From the NCBI GenBank assembly GCA_964529855.1, contig CAZGZU010000002.1:11802-35801 (forward strand): a DNA stretch of 24,000 nt, read 5' to 3'. The notes under the pieces are model-generated. The model ran no database searches, was not told where the DNA came from, and saw only the letters and a list, made by a program, of their open reading frames with translations. The translations under genes and the position numbers were made by a program. This DNA is from an uncultured Candidatus Saccharibacteria bacterium (GTDB lineage Bacteria; Patescibacteriota; Minisyncoccia; Portnoybacterales; UBA2143). Shown in pieces: positions 1 through 6,200 of the stretch (the first letter of the stretch is position 1; each line of letters begins with the position of its first letter).

Positions 1-1
1 C

Positions 2-568
2 CCCTTGGGTGAATATACCAAAGAACAGGTTTATCAAATAGCCAAAAAACAGGGTTTTGATTTTTTTGAAAAAAGAAAACAGAGCCAGGATTTGTGTTTT
101 GTCGCTCAGCAATCAATTCCCCTTTATTTAGAAGAGAAAATAGGCCGCCAGCCAGGTGAAATTGTTGGCCAGTCAGGCAATGTTTTAGGGAGGCATCAGG
201 GATTGCATTTTTATACAATTGGCCAGCGCAAGAGGATTGGCTTGGCCGACGGTCCCTGGTGGGTGCTGGGTTTTGACAGGAAAAAGAATCAGCTGATAGT
301 GACTAATCAGGAAAATGACCCGGCTCTTTTCAGTAAAGAAATAATTGTGGCTGACGTTCATTTTGTTTCCGGTCAGGCGCCCAAGAAAGCAATTAAAGTT
401 AAAGCAAAGACCCGTTTTGGACAATCTCTGGCTTCAGCCAGTCTTTATCCGCCAAAGAAAAATAAATTAAAATTAGTTTTTGATAAACCACAGAAGGCAG
501 TTACCCCTGGCCAATGGGCAGTTTTCTATTCGGGCGATGTCTGTTTAGGCGGGGGAGTTATAGAATAA
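2..568 (+). CDS. mnmA: tRNA-specific 2-thiouridylase MnmA, C-terminal ~188 aa (5' end lies left of the window)
   Basis: The frame is open from the window edge, so the TTG at 5 in the ORF track is not a real start. The translation carries MnmA-type central/C-terminal motifs (QDLCF, GRHQGLHFYTIGQRKRIGL, PWWV, TPGQWAVFY..CLGGG). TAA at 566-568. Confidence 0.8.
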   Translation, partial: PLGEYTKEQVYQIAKKQGFDFFEKRKQSQDLCFVAQQSIPLYLEEKIGRQPGEIVGQSGNVLGRHQGLHFYTIGQRKRIGLADGPWWVLGFDRKKNQLIVTNQENDPALFSKEIIVADVHFVSGQAPKKAIKVKAKTRFGQSLASASLYPPKKNKLKLVFDKPQKAVTPGQWAVFYSGDVCLGGGVIE

Positions 569-570
569 GA

Positions 571-588
571 GAGGCCGGGCCTTGGGCT
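571..588. repeat. Fragment (module X only) of the GGCCSGGCC intergenic repeat family
   Basis: gaggccgggccttgggct lies directly after the mnmA stop. It nearly matches 3545-3562 (gaggcccggccttgggct) and is related to 17049-17078, 17128-17154 and 22024-22050. Confidence 0.55.
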
Positions 589-603
589 GCTTTGAACTAC
601 TTC

Positions 604-1842
604 ATGAAAAGAACTATTATTTTTATCCTCATAAGTTTTATCCTTTTAGGTCTGGCTAATTTTACTTTGGCTCAGGACAATCCAGTCAAATTATATTTTT
701 TTTATGGCAGCACCTGCCCGCATTGTAAAAAAGCAGAGGCCTTTTTAGAGCAGTTAGAACAAAAATATCCTTCCCTGAAAATAGAATCTTACGAGGTTTT
801 TGGCGACAAGGAAAACGCTAAATTACTTTTGCAGCTTTTTGAAAATTGCGGGGAAGAAAAAAGCGTCAGAGTGCCTGCTATATTCATTGGCGAGGAAGTG
901 ATAATTGGTTATCTTGATGACGAGATAACCGGTCAGGCCATTGAAGAGGCGGTCAGGAATTGTTTAGGAAAAGAGTGTATTGACCCTTTGGAAGCCGTGG
1001 ATGAATGCCAGTTGTGCGAATGCGAAGGCGAGCAGGGAGAGCTCTGTCAGTGTCAGACCTGTACTTGTCCAACTGGAGAAAAAGAGGACCAGATTATTAA
1101 TTATCCTTTGATTGGCAAAATCAATCTTAGTAAATTGTCTCTGCCGGTTTTGACAGTCGTTCTGGCTGCTCTGGACGGGTTTAATCCCTGTGCGATGTGG
1201 GTTTTGCTTTTTTTGATTGCTCTGTTAATCAATGTTCATTCGCGAAAAAGAATGTGGCTGGTTGGCGGTACTTTTATCCTTGCCTCCGGCCTTGTTTATT
1301 ATTTGCTTTTAAGCGCCTGGCTCAACGTATTTTTGGCCATCAGTTACGTTAATTTAACCAGAATAATTATTGGTTTGTTGGCTTTGGGAGTGGGGATTTG
1401 GCAGATTAAAAGATTTATTACTTTCAAACCCGAGGTTTGTGAAGTAGCACCTCCGGAGAGCAAATTGCGCCAGCGATTGTCAGACAGAATCAAGCAAGTG
1501 GTTCAGTCAAGCGCCTTGCCAGTCACGTTTCTGGGCATCATTGTCCTGGCTTTAGGCGTTAATTTAATTGAATTTTTCTGTTCAGCCGGTTTGCCGGCTA
1601 TTTATACCCGGATATTAACTTTGAGCCAGCTTAGTCCTTTGAGCTACTATTTGTATCTGCTGCTTTACACTTTTATTTTCATGCTTGATGACATGATTAT
1701 CTTCAGCATTGCCGTAATCACTTTAAGTAAAATCGGCTTTACTGACAAATACGCCAAGTGGAGCACTTTGATTGGCGGTCTTTTTATTTTAATTCTCGGC
1801 TTGCTCTTGATTTTCAGGCCAGAGGTGTTAATGTTTGGTTAG
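604..1842 (+). CDS. Membrane protein: N-terminal signal/TM, thioredoxin-fold domain (CPHC), Cys-rich linker, CcdA/DsbD-like multi-pass membrane domain
   Basis: ATG at 604 (MKRTIIFILISF...) is in frame with the track ORF 514..1842; the upstream part is read-through of the repeat at 571-588. Motifs: YFFYGSTCPHCKKAE (Trx/Grx fold), linker CIDPLEAVDECQLCECEGEQGELCQCQTCTCP, and TM helices with DGFNPCAMW and EFFCSAGLP (one Cys in each of two helices, as in CcdA/DsbD-type thiol transporters). TAG at 1840-1842. Confidence 0.7.
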   Translation: MKRTIIFILISFILLGLANFTLAQDNPVKLYFFYGSTCPHCKKAEAFLEQLEQKYPSLKIESYEVFGDKENAKLLLQLFENCGEEKSVRVPAIFIGEEVIIGYLDDEITGQAIEEAVRNCLGKECIDPLEAVDECQLCECEGEQGELCQCQTCTCPTGEKEDQIINYPLIGKINLSKLSLPVLTVVLAALDGFNPCAMWVLLFLIALLINVHSRKRMWLVGGTFILASGLVYYLLLSAWLNVFLAISYVNLTRIIIGLLALGVGIWQIKRFITFKPEVCEVAPPESKLRQRLSDRIKQVVQSSALPVTFLGIIVLALGVNLIEFFCSAGLPAIYTRILTLSQLSPLSYYLYLLLYTFIFMLDDMIIFSIAVITLSKIGFTDKYAKWSTLIGGLFILILGLLLIFRPEVLMFG

Positions 1843-1866
1843 TATCTTAATTTTATAAGGAGGGGG

Positions 1867-2391
1867 ATGATGAAGATTGGAGGTGCCTATAATCATCCGG
1901 ATGATTGGTTTAAGCAGGAACCGACCAGGCAGTTTTTAACAGAGGAGATTATAAAGGAATCTCTGGAGCTTGGTATCTGGTTAAGGTCTTTCCTTTTGCT
2001 TTTGCTTGAACTGGAAGTGAAGCATCATTTTGTCGGGATTCCCTGGAGCACTAGTCAGGGATTGAGCATAAACAAGGAGCATGGCATAAGCATATTCTAT
2101 CAACCAGGCAAGAACATAGAAGAACTTATTCTGCTCTGCAGGATCCCCTGGGATGCTTTTTGGCGAGAGTCCAGGCCCTATCCTAATGTTTACGCTGATA
2201 TTGAATTGGTAAAGAGAAAAATCTTAAAGGCCTGGTCAGACAAGGCAATTGAGACAGACGAAGCAGGAGATGACAAGGCATCGCATATTGCTGCTGAAAT
2301 GGTGAAGCATCTGGTAGAGCTATTTGTAGAGCCGGACGAGCAAGAGGAAAAGCAATTGGGACTTTTTAATAAACCTTCACGGATGGACTAG
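1867..2391 (+). CDS. Hypothetical protein (no family recognised)
   Basis: Strong SD aaggaggggg (1857-1866) precedes the ATG ATG at 1867/1870. The 174-aa ORF has no competing frame and is followed by a clean rho-independent terminator. Confidence 0.55.
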   Translation: MMKIGGAYNHPDDWFKQEPTRQFLTEEIIKESLELGIWLRSFLLLLLELEVKHHFVGIPWSTSQGLSINKEHGISIFYQPGKNIEELILLCRIPWDAFWRESRPYPNVYADIELVKRKILKAWSDKAIETDEAGDDKASHIAAEMVKHLVELFVEPDEQEEKQLGLFNKPSRMD

Positions 2392-2416
2392 CCCGATAAA
2401 CGCGGGCTAGTTTTTA
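2388..2416 (+). terminator. Rho-independent terminator after the 1867-2391 ORF
   Basis: Stem ctagcccg / cgggctag around a 7-nt loop, followed by ttttt. It overlaps the TAG stop. Confidence 0.7.
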
Positions 2417-2425
2417 TTTATCCTC

Positions 2426-2585
2426 TTGACTTGATTATCAGTCAATAATACGCTTAATATAAGGATGCTCTAAAAGAGAAAACGTGACCTCGTAGAGCAA
2501 ATCCTCCTGTGTAAGGCCAGCCCTGTAAGCCAGACTCCAATATAAACTATATTTTTAGGATTTTTAGGGCTGGCCTTTTTTCTTT
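2426..2585 (+). promoter_or_regulatory. Candidate promoter plus ~120-nt structured leader or small RNA ending in a terminator, upstream of the HAD gene
   Basis: -35-like ttgact/ttgatt (2426-2436) and -10-like taatat (2455-2460). Hairpin aggatgctcta...tagagcaaatcct (2462-2505). Tandem imperfect repeat cctgtgtaaggccag / ccctgtaagccag (2505-2533). 10-bp stem ggccagccct (2516-2525) / agggctggcc (2566-2575) followed by tttttcttttt. Confidence 0.3.
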
Positions 2586-2612
2586 TTAATAACCTGTGCT
2601 ATAATAGGAATA

Positions 2613-3395
2613 ATGAAGAATATCAAGGAGATTACCAAGGAAGAATTGACCGCTCTTAAGGTGATTACTTTTGATATTGACGGGGTGATTGCGCCGACCG
2701 GTACGATTATCAAGGAAACCATAGACGAGGATAGTATTGATTTGTATATGGAATCCAAGAAGCTCTCCGAAGAGTTTATAGAGACCCTGAAAAAACTGGA
2801 GAAATATATCCGTTTGAATTTTTCTTCGGGCCGCAATATTTTGTATCTGAAGACGCTGGTTAATAAGATTTTTGATGAAAAGACCATTCTTCAGGCAGAG
2901 AACGGCAATGTTACCTGGCTCAATAACAAAATCAGTCATCCGGATTATTCGGATGACTATTTTAGTCAGTTAAGGGAATTGAAAATAAAAATCAGGGAGA
3001 TGAAGGAAAAAGACAAGAGAATCAGGGGGTTTGAGCCAAAGCTTTTTATTCTAACCGTTCACTGCGAGCAGATGGAAGAAATACCCAATTTGGTTAAAGA
3101 GATGGCTGGTGACAGCTTGTACTGCCTCTGGACCAATGAAGGTTACGACATCGGCAGTCAAGAGATGTCCAAGGGCAAAGCGATTGTTAATCTGGCCAAA
3201 GACCTGGGGATTGAGCCAAAACAGATTATGACTACCGGTAATAACTACAACGATGCGGAAATGCTTAAACTGGGCAAAGGAGTGAGTGTTGAGCCGAAAA
3301 AGGTTGAAGCGGAATACTTTGTTGAGCACAAGCCGGACGAATTAGGCGGTGAACTGTTAGCCAATTTTCTGCTGGAACATTATCAGGGGAAATAA
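2613..3395 (+). CDS. HAD-superfamily phosphatase (Cof/HAD-IIB-like)
   Basis: Motif I ITFDIDGVIAPTG. C-terminal KGKAIVNLAKDLGIEPKQIMTTGNNYNDAEML resembles the Cof-type motif IV region. An extended -10 tgctataat (2597-2605) lies 7 nt upstream of the ATG. Confidence 0.8.
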   Translation: MKNIKEITKEELTALKVITFDIDGVIAPTGTIIKETIDEDSIDLYMESKKLSEEFIETLKKLEKYIRLNFSSGRNILYLKTLVNKIFDEKTILQAENGNVTWLNNKISHPDYSDDYFSQLRELKIKIREMKEKDKRIRGFEPKLFILTVHCEQMEEIPNLVKEMAGDSLYCLWTNEGYDIGSQEMSKGKAIVNLAKDLGIEPKQIMTTGNNYNDAEMLKLGKGVSVEPKKVEAEYFVEHKPDELGGELLANFLLEHYQGK

Positions 3396-3399
3396 AAAC

Positions 3400-3562
3400 C
3401 GCATAAGGTTTGGCCTCGAGAACTATATCTTTTTTTAGGTTTGACATTGAGAGTAGTGATCTTGCCAGAGGCAAGGTCACGCTCGAAAGGTCGAACCTCA
3501 AAAAAAGATGAGAGAGACCGAACCTTAATTAGGCCGTAGGTTTTGAGGCCCGGCCTTGGGCT
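3400..3562 (+). repeat. Full-length copy (expanded) of the structured intergenic repeat family (hairpin module Y plus GGCCSGGCC module X)
   Basis: It fills the convergent HAD/trpS gap. It is colinear with the reverse complement of 22024-22122, apart from two mutually complementary extra blocks. Confidence 0.8.
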
Positions 3563-3573
3563 ATAGGATGGGT

Positions 3574-4557
3574 TTATAGCAGGCCCATTTTTTGTTTGGC
3601 TTGCTCAAGGGTTTTCTGGGCAATGGGTCGGGCTTTCTTGGCACCGTCCTGAAGAATCTTTTTGAGATAGTTCGTTTTTTTTCTTAAGGTCTTTTTCTTT
3701 TCCTGGAATGGCTTTAATTCCTTAATAAGTACTTCAGCCAAATCATCTTTAAATTGAGCATAGCCCTTATTCTTGTATTTTTTCTCAATTTGATTAAAAG
3801 ACAGCCCGGAAAAACAATGATAGATATTCATTAAGTTGGCAATAGCCGGTTTTTGAGAAGTGTATTTTATTTCCTTGCCCGAATCAGTGACTGCTTTTTT
3901 AATCTTATTTTTAATCAAACTTGGAGAATCATTCAGGAAAATGGCATTCTCCGGGTTTCTGGCGCTTTTAGCCATTTTTTTCAAAGGATTATCAAGCCGC
4001 ATTATTTTCGCCCCTTCTTCTTTAATGAGGGCCTGGGGGACAGTAAAAGTTTTTCCGTAAAATCGGTTGAACCGGCGTGCCAGAGTGCGGGCTAATTCAA
4101 CGTGTTGTTTTTGGTCCTGGCCAACCGGCACCACGTCTGTTTGATAGAGCAGGATGTCAGAGGTCATTAGAACAGGATATTCTAAAACACCTACATTAAG
4201 TTTTTCCGGACGGGCTTTGGCCATGTCTTTAAACTGAGTCATCCGCTTCAACTCCGGGATTTTGGTGATAGTATTCAAGAGCCAGGTTAATTCAGTGTGT
4301 TCCGGAATATGCGACTGGACAAAGATAATGCTTTTTTTTGGGTTGAGGCCGGTCGCCAAATAGAAAGCAGCTGTTTCTAAAACATTATTTTTTAAATTTT
4401 CAGCATCCTGGAGAGTGGTCAGGGCATGCAAATCAACAATACAGAAAATAGAGTCGTATTGGTTTTGAAGCTTGACCCAGTTTTTGATGGCTCCCAAATA
4501 ATTACCGATATGCATGGAGCCGCTTGGCCGAATGCCGCTGAAGATTCTTTTTTTCAT
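3574..4557 (-). CDS. trpS: Tryptophan--tRNA ligase
   Basis: Class-I aaRS signatures: SGIRPSGSMHIGNYLGAI (HIGH-type) and KMAKS (KMSKS-type). The length and overall sequence are typical of TrpRS. Confidence 0.93.
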   Translation of the reverse strand: MKKRIFSGIRPSGSMHIGNYLGAIKNWVKLQNQYDSIFCIVDLHALTTLQDAENLKNNVLETAAFYLATGLNPKKSIIFVQSHIPEHTELTWLLNTITKIPELKRMTQFKDMAKARPEKLNVGVLEYPVLMTSDILLYQTDVVPVGQDQKQHVELARTLARRFNRFYGKTFTVPQALIKEEGAKIMRLDNPLKKMAKSARNPENAIFLNDSPSLIKNKIKKAVTDSGKEIKYTSQKPAIANLMNIYHCFSGLSFNQIEKKYKNKGYAQFKDDLAEVLIKELKPFQEKKKTLRKKTNYLKKILQDGAKKARPIAQKTLEQAKQKMGLL

Positions 4558-4561
4558 AAAG

Positions 4562-4652
4562 ATGTCATTGCGAGCGAGCGAAGCGAGCGCGGCAATCCCG
4601 GACGAATATCACGGGATTGCTTCGGTCGCCTAAAACGACCTCGCAATGACAT
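4562..4652. repeat. ~90-nt imperfect palindromic element (GTCATTGCGAG termini) filling the prfA-trpS intercistronic gap
   Basis: 13-bp terminal inverted repeats atgtcattgcgag (4562-4574) / ctcgcaatgacat (4640-4652). The inner 9-bp hairpin is gcaatcccg / cgggattgc. It is homologous to the reverse complement of 6975-7050. Confidence 0.85.
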
Positions 4653-5381
4653 TTATTTTTTTAATTTAGCAAAGGTTTTAATGATTGGTTTCAAGTCGCC
4701 TTCAATTATTTTATCCAGATTATGCCATGATTTTTTGATGCGATGGTCAGTCAGGCGATTTTGGGGGAAGTTATAGGTGCGGATTTTTTCCGAGCGGGCA
4801 GCCGTGCCGATTTGTTCGCGCCGTTCATCGCCTCGCTGGGCCAATTCCTCAGTTCGTTTTTTGGCCAACAGACGGGCTCGCAAAACCTTAAGAGCTCTTT
4901 CTTTGTTGGCCTGTTGAGTCCTTTCTTCCTGACAATTAACCATTAAACCGGTCGGTAAATGAGTAATCCGAACAGCTGATTCCCGTTTGTTAACGTATTG
5001 ACCGCCCGGACCAGAGGCCCGCAGAACGTCAATTCTCAAGTCCGAGGGATTGATTTTGATTTCTGTTTCACTGGCTTCCGGCAGAACGGCTATTGAGGCG
5101 GTGGAAGTATGAACTCGGCCGGACTTTTCCGTAGTAGGAATCCGTTGAACCCGATGAACCCCGCCTTCGTATTTTAATTTATCATAGACGTCCTCGCCTC
5201 TGATTTCAAAAATCACTTCTTTGTAGCCGCCAATGCCTGTAGAATTGCTGTCAATCAGGGAAGTTGTCCAGCCCTGTTTTTCGGCAAAACGGGAATACAT
5301 CCGAAGCAAGTCAGCGGCAAACAAAGCCGCTTCTTCGCCGCCGGCCCCGGCTCTGATTTCCATAATAATGCCTTTATTCAT
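4653..5381 (-). CDS. prfA: Peptide chain release factor 1, lacking the N-terminal domain 1 (242 aa)
   Basis: [24 protein letters not shown]; [17 protein letters not shown] (PxT, RF1-type); [25 protein letters not shown] (GGQ); [18 protein letters not shown] at 5381 overlaps the rpmE stop by 8 nt. Confidence 0.85.
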   Translation of the reverse strand: MNKGIIMEIRAGAGGEEAALFAADLLRMYSRFAEKQGWTTSLIDSNSTGIGGYKEVIFEIRGEDVYDKLKYEGGVHRVQRIPTTEKSGRVHTSTASIAVLPEASETEIKINPSDLRIDVLRASGPGGQYVNKRESAVRITHLPTGLMVNCQEERTQQANKERALKVLRARLLAKKRTEELAQRGDERREQIGTAARSEKIRTYNFPQNRLTDHRIKKSWHNLDKIIEGDLKPIIKTFAKLKK

Positions 5382-5622
5382 TTTTCTTTTTAACTTTTTT
5401 GGTTTTTAAGCCAAACTTGCTTTCTTTTTTGGCCAACCGTTGTCTGAATTTTTCCACTTGACCGGTTTCAATAATTTTTTCCTTGCCCGTATAAAAAGGA
5501 TGACATTGGGAACAAATTTCTATTTCCATTTCTTCTTTGGTTGAGCCAATTTCAAAAACCGCGCCGCAAGCGCATCTGATTTTGGCTTTGGGATAGTATT
5601 TAGGATGAATATCTTTTTTCAT
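5374..5622 (-). CDS. rpmE: 50S ribosomal protein L31 (Cys-containing, Zn-ribbon type) with a short Lys-rich C-terminal tail
   Basis: [10 protein letters not shown]...CACG...[10 protein letters not shown]. The start is taken at the ATG at 5622 (M13 of the track ORF), which matches the canonical L31 N-terminus. Confidence 0.9.
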   Translation of the reverse strand: MKKDIHPKYYPKAKIRCACGAVFEIGSTKEEMEIEICSQCHPFYTGKEKIIETGQVEKFRQRLAKKESKFGLKTKKVKKKNE

Positions 5623-5664
5623 TATTTGTATCATAACAAGTTTGTTTAAAATAGGCAAGGGAGA

Positions 5665-5693
5665 TTGACGGAATAAATAAAATGTATTATTCT
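5665..5693 (+). promoter_or_regulatory. Candidate sigma70-type promoter for the 5727-6071 ORF
   Basis: ttgacg (5665-5670), a 17-nt spacer, then tattct (5688-5693). Confidence 0.35.
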
Positions 5694-5726
5694 ATGTCTA
5701 AACTCTGGAGAAAAGGAGGAGAAACG

Positions 5727-6071
5727 ATGAGTCATGATTCCGAGAAAGAATGGCCAGGAGCAATGTATGTAGGAGAGCCTGTCCGTCCCCATCATAGAGA
5801 AGATAAAGAGAGAAGGCCTTTATTTGAAAATAAAGAAGGCGAAGAGGGAAAGCCTCCTTTTGAAGAAGGAAATTGGGTTGAAGCCAAAGAGGATGTCCAT
5901 GAATTTTTTGGTTCAAGGACACATTTAATTAAAAAAGGAGAGCAATTAAGAGTCAAGGAGATGAGGTGGGGGCCTGCATATAGACAGTGGTATGTCGGAC
6001 TGGATGGAGTCAAGGGACTTTATGAAGCCACGAAATTCGTCAAAATCCGAGCATCAGCTCAAGGGCCTTAA
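5727..6071 (+). CDS. Hypothetical small protein (114 aa); charged and Pro-rich N-terminal half
   Basis: Strong SD aaaggagga (5711-5720) lies 6 nt before the ATG at 5727, in frame with track ORF 5682..6071. Two hairpins follow, the second one terminator-like. Confidence 0.55.
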   Translation: MSHDSEKEWPGAMYVGEPVRPHHREDKERRPLFENKEGEEGKPPFEEGNWVEAKEDVHEFFGSRTHLIKKGEQLRVKEMRWGPAYRQWYVGLDGVKGLYEATKFVKIRASAQGP

Positions 6072-6089
6072 GAAACTATTAAGGCCAGG

Positions 6090-6119
6090 GACCCGGCAAC
6101 AAAACCGGGTCTTTCCTTT
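6090..6119 (+). terminator. Rho-independent terminator
   Basis: Stem gacccgg / ccgggtc around an 8-nt loop, followed by tttcctttg. Confidence 0.6.
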
Positions 6120-6200
6120 GGAATATTGCTTTAATGTCAAAGTATGTTATACTGAATATTGTCAAAATCAAGGTCTGTCCTTGAGGGATATTTTATTGAT

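Noticed and set aside
514-603. N-terminal extensions of several track ORFs: 514, 5682, 6159, 13578, 17152, 20225, 5658(-), 12814(-)
   Set aside because: The upstream parts overlap the preceding gene or a repeat and lack homology. Internal ATGs with better context and family-typical N-termini were chosen instead: 604, 5727, 6201, 13650, 17164, 20285, 5622 and 12799.
2392-2612. Known housekeeping ncRNAs (SRP/4.5S, RNase P, tmRNA, 6S) in this and other long gaps (8595-9010, 10574-10749, 18272-18596)
   Set aside because: None of the conserved cores I remember is present: the SRP domain IV GGAA/AGCA motifs, RNase P GAGGAAAGUCC, or the tmRNA tRNA-like ends. This was a by-eye check only, so a covariance-model scan is still advisable.
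4426-4776. 116-aa plus-strand ORF (…[30 protein letters not shown]…)
   Set aside because: It runs antisense to the trpS 5' end and the prfA 3' end and reads straight through the palindromic repeat at 4562-4652. It is a translation artefact of the repeat.
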